From: Euglena gracilis
Taxonomy: Eukaryota
Reading direction: 5' to 3'
DNA length: 64,000 bases
Assembly: GCA_039621445.1 (NCBI GenBank)
Contig: CP154954.1
Span: 28,576,417 to 28,640,416, forward strand
Position numbers and translations under genes: made by a program. The notes under the pieces were generated by a model. It saw only the letters and a program-made list of their open reading frames with translations. It made no database searches and had not been told where the DNA came from. The stretch's first letter is position 1. The number at the start of each line of letters is the position of its first letter. This document shows positions 1 through 12,532 of the stretch, in pieces.

Positions 1-631
1 TGCCAGTTGGAACACAAAGTCCTGGATTGCACCATGTCGCCGCGTGATGCCATTTGAGCTGCAGCATACAAGGTGATTACCCAGGTTGTCCATTGGCTTG
101 GTGCAGCGTGGGCACGTTGATCCCGTTGGTGGACAAACTGGTGCTCCCAGTGACCACTTTAGAAATCCTTGCGGCCCATGTTTGCGTTGGGGGAGTTCCT
201 TCGAGGATGGAGTTGGCAGAGGACAGGCACTCAGCAGTGTCTTTCGGTACTCCTCGGTCTGCCAGGCCCAGGGTGCGTCTGCCATTGCTGACAAACGTCA
301 CAATGCCGGATATACGTGCTGGGAGACGTTCCCGTGATGGGTCCCGAATTCCGAGTCCGCCATGACGCACGGGTAGGGTGGCCTGAGCCCATTGGTTGTC
401 ATCGATTGGGGATCCAACAATGTTGCTCATTGTGTTCCTGATTTCTTTGGTCAACAGAGCACATGCGTCATTTGCCTGCCCCAGTTCTGTTGCACGCATG
501 AGGTCATTAACTTTGCATGCATCTAGGCAGGTTCGTAAGAGGCAGAACTGAATATGGGCTTGCGGCAGGTTCAAAAGGGCCCGGCAAGTTCTGCACACCT
601 GTTGCACGTTCAGCCCACACTTCCCCCGCAA
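1..631 (-). pseudogene. Post-RT region and CCHC knuckle preceding the RLE (frameshifted, internal deletion near 120)
   Basis: QWAQATLPVRHGGLGIRDP in ORF 77..631; another frame gives CPRC...GNHLVCC...RRHGA. Collinear with the copy at 8700-9500 except for a missing block. Confidence 0.8.
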
Positions 632-2762
632 AGCCTCCGCTTTGTGGATGGCATACCGGGATTCCCAGGGCCCGTATACCAGAATTAGGGGAGTAATTCA
701 CGATTGGGACTGCACGAAGTGGGCTGTTTTGCGGCATTTCAGCACGATTGGCTTTTGTTGCTGCAGGGCCCCACGGGCGGCATTTTTTTGCGTTGAGGTG
801 TATGCCTAGTAGCGTCCCCTGTCGTTGAATTTCTGTAATTGCTGCATGTAATTGTGGGAGGGTTCCCAGCATGTGTCCATCATCCAAATACCACAATTGC
901 AGTGGCACCACGTCTTGCAAGGACTCGACGAGAGATTGCAACGCCAAGGCAAATCCGGCTGGGCCACAAGGGTCCCCTTGTTGTACGCCAGAGGCACTCC
1001 GAAGGTGTGATGACCCACAGAAGAGCGGGCTGTGTTCGGCGTAGCAACTCTCGAACCAAACGTACGCCTCCGGGCAACGTTTAGCCACTTCAGCAAGGAC
1101 TGTCTTTCTTTTTACGCAATTAAAAGCATTGCTGAAATCTACCTGTAACAAAGCCCAGGTGCTGTCTTGTTGCATGTGCAGGTGATTTACTTCTTGCTGC
1201 AGTCCCATAGCAATGAGTTCACATGCCCCCTGGACCCTTACACCGCATTGTAGTGGCTGCAGTTCTTTAAGGCGGTCCCTGATTTTGGGGTGCCTCATCA
1301 AATATTTGCCCACCAATCGGCGCAGGCATTCCCCAGCTGCAATTGGTCGCGTGCCGTCCTTCTTTGGGTCAGGAATGGGGTTGGTATTGCCAAGCTCAAG
1401 GTTTTCGCTTGGATTGCAGGGTTTTCGAAGAGGAGTCAAACGGGCACCAGCGAAAATCCATGCCGCAGAGTTGTGAATTCCGTTTGTCAAACATGTTCGG
1501 ACGAATTGGTCCAAAATTGTGAGGTGTTCTGATTGTGTCCCCAGGGGATCAGAGAGCATGTCTTTAAGATGATCTGGACGAAGTCCAGACGGTCCTGGTG
1601 AGGACTCCTTCGGGAAAGACATGACTGCTTTCCGTATTTCAATTAGGCGCTCCCTGGTTGCATCTTCACTGAGATCGAATTCGAGGCGAGGGAAGTCCGG
1701 AGGCAGATTTTGCCTTCCAGGTTGGGGTTCGGGAGGGTGCAAGGCAGCCAACCGTTCTAAGATTAGCGGTTCATCTGCATCTTGGATTCCATCAGAAGTC
1801 AGCATGCGGCAGGCTTTACTGACCGCCCCATGGCTGACCAGGCTTTGAACACGGTTGCACAATCTTTCTTGGCTTTCTGCATCGAAATTTTTTGTCTGAC
1901 TTCGTGTTCTCTTCTTTGGGTTTTGTGCATCGCGAATTTGGCGAGTCTCATCCCACGAATCTTCTGTGGACCGGTTGAGGTAGGCATTGGCTCTCTCAGT
2001 AATTTTCCGTCCAACTGCAGCCCAATGGCTTTTCCCGCTCCGCTTCAATGGAGCAAGCACAGCTTTTGGGAAGCACCAAAGTGCGTGTAGGGTCTCCCAT
2101 CCTGGCTTTGACACAAAGCGACCGAGGGTGCTGCAGAAGGCGAGCCCAACGTTTCGCAACGCTCCCCGTGGGATATGGACCAACGTGCCCCGAGTGTCTT
2201 GGGAAATTTCTTCCCAAGATGGCTGCATTGGTGGGCAAGGTTGCGAGAAGGGAGTAACTTGCAGCGTATCAGCGTTCGTCGAGGATTGCGCTGGTGCCGG
2301 AGCCACGGGGTGCTGCGGCCTTCGACCATTTTGGCACTCTTGCTCTTGCCCTTGTGGTGAGGACGGCACAAAATTCTCAAGCAACCCCTGGCCCTGCGGC
2401 GCACACCCGTGAATTTCGGAAATCGCTGAGCGCACCCGGGACTCTAGTTCGTCAATGACCATGATTTGTTCAGCTGCAGGTGCCCCGGGGCCCCCGTTCA
2501 AACTAGGAAACGGCATTATAGCCTGGGACAAAGTAGGCGAGAACAGCGGCGTCGAGTGCATTGGAAACCAAGATCCAAGGAGTGGTAGCTCCGTCGGCGG
2601 CACAGCAGAGGTCTGTGCGGCTGAGGCCATTTCAACGTCCTCCTGCTGGGGAGGGGGTTTCTGTGGGACCTGGGTTGCTTTCAATGTCGCCACAACTGGC
2701 AAGGCTTTTGCCCCTGCCACAACGGGGAGGACTGTACCCATACCGCGTTTTTTCTTGGTCAA
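507..2762 (-). CDS. Reverse transcriptase of non-LTR (CRE-clade-like) element; true frame probably enters near 2655 from the upstream 2A-bearing frame
   Basis: SPGPSGLRPDHL, RPIAAGECLRRLVGK, QVDFSNAFN, GVQQGDPCGP, WYLDDG, GIHLNAKKC. Confidence 0.92.
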   Translation of the reverse strand: MTKKKRGMGTVLPVVAGAKALPVVATLKATQVPQKPPPQQEDVEMASAAQTSAVPPTELPLLGSWFPMHSTPLFSPTLSQAIMPFPSLNGGPGAPAAEQIMVIDELESRVRSAISEIHGCAPQGQGLLENFVPSSPQGQEQECQNGRRPQHPVAPAPAQSSTNADTLQVTPFSQPCPPMQPSWEEISQDTRGTLVHIPRGALRNVGLAFCSTLGRFVSKPGWETLHALWCFPKAVLAPLKRSGKSHWAAVGRKITERANAYLNRSTEDSWDETRQIRDAQNPKKRTRSQTKNFDAESQERLCNRVQSLVSHGAVSKACRMLTSDGIQDADEPLILERLAALHPPEPQPGRQNLPPDFPRLEFDLSEDATRERLIEIRKAVMSFPKESSPGPSGLRPDHLKDMLSDPLGTQSEHLTILDQFVRTCLTNGIHNSAAWIFAGARLTPLRKPCNPSENLELGNTNPIPDPKKDGTRPIAAGECLRRLVGKYLMRHPKIRDRLKELQPLQCGVRVQGACELIAMGLQQEVNHLHMQQDSTWALLQVDFSNAFNCVKRKTVLAEVAKRCPEAYVWFESCYAEHSPLFCGSSHLRSASGVQQGDPCGPAGFALALQSLVESLQDVVPLQLWYLDDGHMLGTLPQLHAAITEIQRQGTLLGIHLNAKKCRPWGPAATKANRAEMPQNSPLRAVPIVNYSPNSGIRALGIPVCHPQSGGFAGEVWAERATGVQNLPGPFEPAASPYSVLPLTNLPRCMQS

Positions 2763-4937
2763 TCAGTTGCCGTACGTGGTTGGCGTGCCCTGGGGCCACA
2801 TTTGACAACTTAGAAGGCCCTGGGGCCATAGTGCAAGTTGGTCGTCAGCAATGGGGCCGGGTGCTAGGTCGCAGGGATAGGGGTCCTTCACGTGGGGTTA
2901 TCCGGTGAATAGGTCCTGGCTCAAGCTGAACGTCACCACAAAGTGTGACATCTTGGTGTGTGGGCCTCTCGGCTATGACAGCGTCGTTAGGGCTTATGTC
3001 ACCTTGTTGGTCACCTCGTTGGTCACCTCGTTGGTAGTTTGGTCGTCTTTGTGCTGTCCGTCGTGCCCTCCGGACGTGACGGTCAACTGAAACTACTGAC
3101 CTTGTCGGACGTAACAAGGCCATGATGCCCAGGATATCAACGGTGTGTACATTCAATGGGGAGAGGTCGGACGAGGAGGGCTCCGTTGGAGGTACTCTGG
3201 GGAAAGTGCCTCTCGGCCGGAGAACGTTGGGTAGTGTCATTAGGTGAATAGGGGGCAGGTAGAAGTGAAAGGCCTCGCCGATGTTTCATACTTCGGACGA
3301 TAAACAAGTCAGCAACCACATAATGGCATGCACACTCGATGGGGAGTCGTGACGTGGTGGTCGATGTGGCCATAGCCCTATGAGCACAAACAGAACTCCT
3401 CTCAAAACTTCCCAACATTCGGTGAGCTCATAGACGGTAGTGTCCTCAACCAGGACATCGGAAGGGAAGGCGTCTCGGAAAGTTTGAAGTTCTGCATCCA
3501 CCTCTTGAAGGCTCGCCAACAGTCTGTGCCAAATGAAGTTTTCTTGAAGTCCCCTGGAGACAGGGATTGTCGGTCTTTCCATGGTGGCCAGTCGGAGGTA
3601 GATGGGTCCTGGTTGTGTTTGGACGTCACCATGGGTGGTGATTCGTTCCCCTCTTCCAGTCGGCTGGTGTCTTTCTGAAAACTTTTCCCGGGTTTGTTCT
3701 ACGGTGTATCCTCGGCTTGTTACGGAGTGTACTTTTGCTGTCTCAGTAGATGGAAATACTGTGGCTGAAAAAACAGGGCAGGTTTCCCTGTGGTGCAGGC
3801 ACCAACCTGCCGAGGCAGTGATGGTTTCAATGTCACACAAAGTGCATTTCAGCCAGTATGTAGCTTTGGGAAGAAGTGAACGGGAGGAGCCATCGGGGCC
3901 TTGCCGCAATGGTATTTCGGCCTTGATCCGAAAGAAATCAGTCATGTTCATGGCAACAAGTTGGTCCAATAGATCCATGACTTCACCACAGGGTCCATTA
4001 ACTGCCGTCGGCGGGCCTGGATTGGTTTCCACATCACCCATTGTTGTCAGGGAATCACCTCGCCCCGTCTTCAGATATGCGTCTTCCGGCTTCTTCCCCC
4101 CGTGTGGGCCTGCAGAGCAGAGGTATATGTTGCCGACTGTTTCTGCCATGTGGAAATTTTTTGTGGCAGCACAAGAGTAATAGTCCGACAGGGAGTCATT
4201 TGAGTCTTCAAGATCGCTGGCGGTCCATACAGACGGGGAAAGACGATCAGCCAATCCAACCTCACACGCAAACTGTAACGGTCTGGGCATGTAATCCATC
4301 TGCCAAATTCTTGGGCAGTATCGCCAGGCAATGGGCAGGGTTGGTTCTCGGGAGGGTGTCAGCCTCTTCTGTGTCCTCGGGGGGGGGGGGACTGCTTCTG
4401 CTGCAGGCACCTTTTCTTTGATTTTTTGTGCGATAGCTCGGCGTACTTTTTCTATGTGCGACATGTCCACTCCCTCCTCACGTTGTTCCTCTGGTCGGTA
4501 TTGATGAAGAATCTGGGCGATTCTGATCCGTTCCAGGATGAGGTTCTTTTTTGGTGGGGGGGGGGCGACTGCACAACGTTTGGCGCTGCCAGTGGCAACG
4601 TGAGTTTCATGTCTGTGTGCACCATTTTTTGTGACTGCCGAATGTCCACTGTTCTGCCAATGTCGACCAACTTTTCCTGAATGTTGGCCAGTTTTCTGGC
4701 GACCATCTCGTGAAATAAAATGCCTCCTGCTTGCTGTCTCATGCGCCTTCTCCAAAAAAATTCTTCCCTGATGGACCGAAACTCTGGTTTTTCCCAAACT
4801 GGGACCCCTTCCAGGGAGGTGTTGGGTGGGGAGGCTGGTAAATCTGTTGCCTGGGGGGGGTCTTGCCATTGAAAGGGGCTGGGTTCCTCCTGCAGGATCA
4901 CTGTGCCCAGTTTTGCCCACTGTGTGCCATCAAACAT
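2632..4937 (-). pseudogene. N-terminal part of ORF2 polyprotein with Zn-finger-like motif and four 2A-like motifs
   Basis: ORFs 3286..4920, 2845..3240 and 2632..2829 share one frame, separated by single TGA codons. Likely ATG at 4937 (ccaccATG) with a shift in the G-run near 4560. CTLC..HHRETC motif. Confidence 0.7.
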
Positions 4938-4956
4938 GGTGGGTTTTGTTGGAATT

Positions 4957-6078
4957 TTAAAAATGCGAAATGGTGGGCCTGGCCCCCCCCCTCTTGCAGG
5001 GGGGGCTGATATTGGGGGGCTGGTGCTGAGATCTTTTGGGGTTGCATTTGGCTGGGGTTGACGATCCTCCTCTTTTGGGTGCGGGGGGGGGTTGTTTTGC
5101 AGACTCCTTTTGATTTGGAGTTGCCTTGGGATGAAATTCTTGATCCACTTGTTTTACTGGGTGAAGGTATTGTGTTGAATTGTCCCCTCTTTGGGGGGGA
5201 CTTTGTGAGACAAAAGGGAAAGCTGGGAAAGCTGCAGGCAGAAGAGAACATTGGAAGGCTGATGGTGATGCCAGTACCACATCTGGGATTAAGGGTGCTG
5301 GCAGGCCAGGGGTGTATAATGGTGTTGGGAGGGGGGGGACTTCTGTACTCTGGCCTGTGCTGAGAAAGGCTCTGAGGCTTCTGAAGAGTTCAGCCTCTCT
5401 CCTTCTCTGCTCTTCTTCTCTGATCCAATTCTTCCTCTGGTCATCTTCTCTGCTCCAGTTTGATTGCAGTGGTTGCTGAGATTGCTGGGGTTCACCCCAA
5501 AGGTTGGTCTGTGATGGAATGTACATTTGTATGATTGATGTGACAGATGGACATACTTGATTTCTACCCACTGGTGGGCATTGGAATGGGCTGTTCACTG
5601 GAATGCCCACTGATGGCCCTGACTGTGGAATGCCCACTGATGGGCTTGCTGTACAGGGGGGGCCCAGACTCACTTGCTGATGGAGCTGGGGCTGAGGAGA
5701 ACTCTGTTGAGATATATGATAACTGGGTCGACCTCTCTGCCATGGGGGCTTGTAATCTCTTCCAAACCTTCTCTGTAGGTACTCTTCATGCTCTTCCCTC
5801 TCTTGCCATGTCCTCTTCTTTCTCTGTGAGATGCTGTCTTGACTTTCTCTGTCACTATGTACAGGGCGGTCAGCAGTGAGTCGTTGTGCCACAGCAGTGG
5901 TTAGCACCGGCACCAACAGCGGTAACAACATCTTGGCCAGCAGCTCCAACTGTCCAGTGTCCACTGCAACAGTAGGTGTACTTGAAGGGTTGGTTGTGGT
6001 AGCAGCTTGGTTGACAAGGGGTGTATTGTCTTGAGTCTTGGGGCCTTCTGGAGGGCCATCCGGCCCCTTTGCAGCCAT
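4957..6078 (-). CDS. ORF1 of the non-LTR element, Gln/Pro-rich, function unknown
   Basis: ATG in ccaccATGg context 14 nt after the SL exon; open for about 373 codons. Confidence 0.7.
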   Translation of the reverse strand: MAAKGPDGPPEGPKTQDNTPLVNQAATTTNPSSTPTVAVDTGQLELLAKMLLPLLVPVLTTAVAQRLTADRPVHSDRESQDSISQRKKRTWQEREEHEEYLQRRFGRDYKPPWQRGRPSYHISQQSSPQPQLHQQVSLGPPCTASPSVGIPQSGPSVGIPVNSPFQCPPVGRNQVCPSVTSIIQMYIPSQTNLWGEPQQSQQPLQSNWSREDDQRKNWIREEEQRRREAELFRSLRAFLSTGQSTEVPPLPTPLYTPGLPAPLIPDVVLASPSAFQCSLLPAAFPAFPFVSQSPPQRGDNSTQYLHPVKQVDQEFHPKATPNQKESAKQPPPAPKRGGSSTPAKCNPKRSQHQPPNISPPCKRGGARPTISHF

Positions 6079-6092
6079 GGTGGTTATGCAGA

Positions 6093-6118
6093 CGAAAAAA
6101 AATAGACACTCAGAAAGT
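6093..6118 (-). other. Euglenid spliced-leader exon copy at the element 5' end
   Basis: Reverse complement reads ACTTTCTGAGTGTCTATTTTTTTTCG, matching the 26-nt Euglena SL exon as I recall it. Not followed by a GT intron. Confidence 0.9.
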
Positions 6119-6126
6119 CCTCCCAA

Positions 6127-6817
6127 CTTACCTTACCAACTGTCTAACTGACTTTTCTATTCCTAATTCGAACTTTTCGCCACTGGTCGGTGGATTCGGT
6201 TCGCCCCACCACCGTTCCCCTCTTCCAGACTTCCCCATTCGAACTTTTCACCCCGCAGGGCCCTGCAAGAGATGCGGGAGGGCCTATCGGTGACACTCAT
6301 GCGCCACTTGGCGCGACAGCTGGCAGCCAAGGACCGCGTGGAGGATGCCCTCCAACCATGGTAAGTCCCAGCCTCCACCGCAGACAACACCCAAGCCAAG
6401 CAAAGCCAAGACCAAAGCAACCCGAAGCGCGGAGGTTCACCAGGGAAACACCCCCACCCCCCACCAAAAGGCGGCCACCACAAAAAAAAAACCAGACCAA
6501 AAGAAACAAAAAAAAGACCCCGGTCGCCAAAAAAAAAACGCCTACACGCCAGGCCAAAGGCATCCGCCAAAAGGCGAAGGAGGGGAGTGGAGCCGGCAAA
6601 AGCAGCACACACAAAGGGTAGCCCGCCCGCCCTGGACTCCATAAAGCGAGACAGAGAGAGCACGCGCGACCCCACAAGCCGGCCGCAGACTGCTGGCTCA
6701 TGTGTTATGTCTCCACATTGATTGTGTTTTCGTCTTTGGGACAATTGGGATATCAAGAAAAACAAATTGGGAATCCGAGGATTTCAAGAAAAACAAAAGA
6801 ATATTCTGAGACGTCCA
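6127..6817 (+). repeat. Solo LTR of Gypsy family 3, interrupted by non-LTR insertions
   Basis: 6127-6178 and ~6684-6817 align to LTRs 43250-43454 and 50065-50271; ends gagacgtcCA. Confidence 0.85.
6259..6684 (+). mobile_element. 5'-truncated 3' end of a CRE-like element
   Basis: Encodes ALQEMREGLSVTLMRHLARQLAA..W*, similar to LSLTLAREVARQLAW of the copy at ~9880; ccgcag occurs on both sides. Confidence 0.6.
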
Positions 6818-6819
6818 CC

Positions 6820-8098
6820 TCCTATGTCCAAGTACCCAGAAAATTTTGGAATTGTGGGGGGTGTGTGGTGCTTCGGGATAATGGGAAGGACTATGTCCAA
6901 ATGCATCCCAAGTCACCACCGCACATGGGGCTGTTGTCTGCCGTCATAATTTTGATGGGATTCTTGGCATGAACCAAGAGGGGAGTGGGTATAAGTCCTT
7001 TGCGGAAAAGAAGGGGGATTCGACACCCTGTGTCGACTAAAATTTTGTCTTATGCACAAATATTTTGAGTTTTGATTTTTGCTTGTACCAAAAGTTCCAA
7101 GGGGGGTACGCAAAGCGAAGGGTCGGGTGTAAAATTGTTGTCGCGCGAACTGTTCCATGACCCTTTGCTTACTTTGCTCAACATTCCAAGCCAAAATTTG
7201 GCGCGGGAAGTGGGGGACCCGAAAATTTTCCGGGTACCGACCTGAAAGACCGATGGGCAGGGGGGGGGGCAGGGGTGATCAGTTCCTACCGCCATCTGTT
7301 CATCATCCCATAGGTCTGTGCCCTCAGACCTCGGGCTCACCTACTCCATATCCGAGTCGGCCTTTTGGTCTATGGTGGACTTCCTAGAATTAATTGCGCG
7401 TATCGCGCGAATCTCATTCCTGTCTTTCGTCAGCTCATCGTCGGTGCTCTCATCCCCCTCCCTGCCCGAAGCTAGGTCTTTTTCCTCGAAAGAGGATGCT
7501 TTGAAACCAACCCGCTGCCTATTGGCAGAACCGCGATTGGAATCGCGACGACCATGGCTAGGGCGGGGAGAACGAGAACGGGGGCACTTGGATGAATGGT
7601 GATCTTTAGACCCACAACGGGAACAACGGTTTCGCGATTGCGATGCCTTTTGGCATAATAGCGACGCGGGGAGCGGGAATCTGCTCGACCGCGGTCAGAT
7701 CGCGAAGAGGATGATCCACTTAGCGACCGAGATCGCGAAGAATCGCGATTCGTATCCCGATTGCGGGTAGGGGGGCGGGGGGCTGACCTTGAGGTTTAAA
7801 AACACGTCCGCTATTGCGGTGGGGTGAGCGAGAACGCGGTCTACCATCACCCGATCGGTATCTTGAACGCTGCGAGGGCGCAGATCGCGAAGAACGCGTC
7901 TCCAGGAAGAGAGGAATCCTCGGGGGCCCTTACTGCGCTTTCGGGCTTGGGGATTCGGACAATCCCGAGACATATGTTCCGGTTGATTGCACAAAAAGCA
8001 CACTTTGTCCGAAACTTGGTCCGAAGAGCGCGAATAGCGCGGTTTGGATTCCCGTGTGGAAGATTTGGGGTTTGAGCGCGGATAGCGCGTTTTGGAAT
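6820..8098 (-). pseudogene. Decayed gag-like region with CCHC knuckle and Arg/Ser-rich tail
   Basis: CFLCNQPEHMSRDC at ~7960-8003; nucleotide similarity to 39190-39300 (+). Confidence 0.65.
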
Positions 8099-8560
8099 CA
8101 GTGTCTCACATTGGCAAGAGAGGTGGCCCGCCAGCTGGCCTGAGGAACAGTGGCGGAGCCATCTGGAACGGTGGTTCCCACCACCCATTGCCCATATGAT
8201 ACGGAGTGAGCAATTTGACCACAGGGCCGAAGACTTCATGACCCACCAACCGTACGCATAACCAACCACAAGACTGCTTAAACCAAAAAAAACAAGCAAA
8301 TCACACCTTGCAACGAGTGGACCAAGTCTACAAAGACGTCCAAACCCTTACCGCACTGAAAACAGAGCCTTCCCTGCGCCAACTCCCCAAAACCTAAACT
8401 TGTCGCTGCCACAACCTCAACACCCAACAGTCCCCATGGCCGTTCCATTGAACCTTCCCTGCCGCTGTACACTTTCCTCTCACACTCGCTATCCCCCCTC
8501 CGTACTGTGCCCCTCACCGCCCTTCTACTTCACCCTGGACTCTCCCCCCTCCCACCTTGA
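8099..8560 (+). mobile_element. 5'-truncated CRE-like 3' fragment
   Basis: 8102-8210 closely matches 9882-9990; right boundary approximate. Confidence 0.7.
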
Positions 8561-8689
8561 GAACTTGGTATGTGCATAACTCTCACCCGCACAGGACTTC
8601 GGCTCGGAGTAATCCTCCTAGGCCGCTTGCTGCTATATACAAAGTTGGGAGGAGCGCCTCACCGGTGTCCGAAGGCGTGCCACCTGTTA

Positions 8690-10376
<1,687 letters not shown>

Positions 10377-10991
10377 TGTTGGGGGTCCGGGAGGACCCTG
10401 CTCGCCTGGGGGGGCTGCTTTCGCTGGGGCGACAAATTCCCTTTTCTGGCCCTGGTGGGCTCAGGCCAGGGCCTTTGGCAAGTTGGGCCCCGATTTCAAT
10501 TAAATCCACAGGCGGTAATGGGGGTGAGGTGTGCCCCCTGATGTGGGGTCTCCAGTTGCCCGCGTAGGATCTTTTTTTGCCACCATTGTTGGTTTTTCCC
10601 CATTTTCCAACTTGAACTTTTCAACTGAAAGGCTGAAGCAACAAAGACAAACCAACCCACCTACTTAGGTGAGCAAATCAGCAGCACAAGACAAACCTTG
10701 CTGAGAGGATGGGCAGGTACCTTGTGTTCACCTGCTGTTGGTGGGTAGGGACAAGTTGGAAAGCAATGCCTTGATTTCTTGAAAGAATTGGATTGATCCT
10801 TTTGATTGTTCAATACTTAGGTGACTTTTCTGATTCTGTGATTCTCAAATCGAATTCTCAAATTCTTCCCGGAATTTGCTGGGGTTCGAATTCAACTCGC
10901 GTGGCGGTTGACTTGCTTTGGTTATTCCTACCGGGGGTTTTTGGGAATTTTCTGGGAAATTTTTGGCTGCCGACGCCAGCTGCAGCCGACA
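10377..10991 (-). repeat. 3' LTR of family 2
   Basis: Direct repeat of 27823-28437; adjoining PPT AAGGGAGGGGG (10992-11002, minus). Confidence 0.93.
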
Positions 10992-12532
10992 CCCCCTCCC
11001 TTGCGACGTTAGTCGGACCAGTTTTTCTGCCCCCCCCCAAGCAAAAACGGGGAGAGTGAAATTGAATTTTTTTGTGGGGGGGGGCGAAAATTCTGCGGTT
11101 TTTTTTTGAAACGGGTCCTGTCGCTTTTTTTTTGAAAATCTGTGTTACGAGTCGGACCCCCCCCCCAGCCATATAATATCGGGCACCTTGGGGGACTCTG
11201 AAAAATCAGGTCTACAGCGGAAGCCGCCCCACCCCTTTCCTCCGACAAGCATGGGGAACGGGTCTTTGAACACAAAATCTGAAAAATCTGAGCGAAACCA
11301 ACTCTGGGCACTCTACCCCAAGGCCTAAGTCCCACGCTACCCCCTTGGTGAAAATCCTTTTTGGCAGCTTATGTGAGACTTCATTCGATTTCGACTTTTT
11401 TAAAAAAAATCAGGGACTTTGGCCAACAGTGCCTCAGAAAATCTCTTGTGTGGGGAAAGAAAAAGAGAAACCTAGGCATTCCTTTCCAATTCGGGACAGA
11501 AAGGGTAGGAAAAGGCAAACAGTGAATGGGTGCAATGGTGAGAGGGTAAGACGGTTATATACGGCGGGAATAGTGTACAATGGGTGTGCGGGTTCGTGTG
11601 CGTGTGTGGTTGTGTGTTTTGTGTGTATGCACGCTCGCTTCCTTGTCATGCATTCCAACCGAAAATGACTGGGCCGATCGATTTTTTTTTTGAATGCAAA
11701 GAGAACAGGGCTTCACATTGGCCCTCAGCCACTATATCACAGGGCTTTAGTGCCCACGTGGCTGGTTTTTTTTCTCATTGGCCCACACCAGGGCCTGTGG
11801 ACGGAGGAGGGGTCATCTCCAGTCCAGGGTCCCCCCCCCCCCCGAGTTCGGATGCCTCCAAGCTGTGTTCCATGAAAAAATGCCTTTGACCAATATCCAA
11901 TACTAGAATAGTCCAAACCGAATCAAAAAACTGAGTTTTAAAACTCCAACTCGTTTTGTCGTCCACCACAAAAATTATCAAAATCCCAGGTTTTTTCCAA
12001 CTCTTTGAATAAAAATCCTCCAGCAACAAAAAATCCTCAAAAAATTAAAAATTCTGGGTCCAACCCACAAGTCCAGGGCCTACAAAAGCCCTCAACAAAA
12101 TCCAATCGAGAATTCCAACCTGCCACATCCAACAAACAAAGTCCAATCGAGAGCAACCAACCCAACAAAAGCAACATCCAGCAGCATACCGTTGCATAGA
12201 GGCCAGGCCATTCCAGCCCAACCCTGGGCACAACCAATTCACAGCCGAAACCAACCAATTCGGCTTGCCAATTAAAATTCACTGCCCCCCCCCCCCAAAT
12301 CACACGGGGCAATGGGGGTCAAATGACATGGCAAACTCAAAAATACTGAAAATTCAAATCCAATTTTCTCAGCCAAGGCGATTTTTCGCTGCCCCCCCCC
12401 AGTCACATGGGGCCATGGGGGTCAATCTGGCTTCAGCCTCCAAACAAAAAAATCACAAACCTGGGCCGTAATATCCAAACCGGCTGAAATCTCACACACG
12501 TTAAAGGACGGGCCTTCACAGTGTCGCCCCCC

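Larger units (their letters stand above)
1..6118 (-). mobile_element. CRE/SLACS-like RLE non-LTR retrotransposon, 5'-complete, 3' end beyond the left window edge
   Basis: Order: SL exon, ORF1, ORF2 with Zn-finger-like and 2A-like motifs, RT with YLDD, then CPRCTKPMDNLGNHLVCC..RRHGAIQ (knuckle before the RLE) at ~1-112. Confidence 0.88.

Noticed and set aside
2845-3288. TGA recoding or alternative genetic code
   Set aside because: Only two TGAs in a copy that also has frameshifts and a deletion; point mutation suffices.
6093-6118. Functional SL RNA gene
   Set aside because: Exon is not followed by a GT intron and sits between an LTR and a retroelement ORF.
6259-6366. Host exon flanked by AG and GTAAGT
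   Set aside because: Peptide resembles the CRE C-terminus and ends in TAA; the AG belongs to the LTR.
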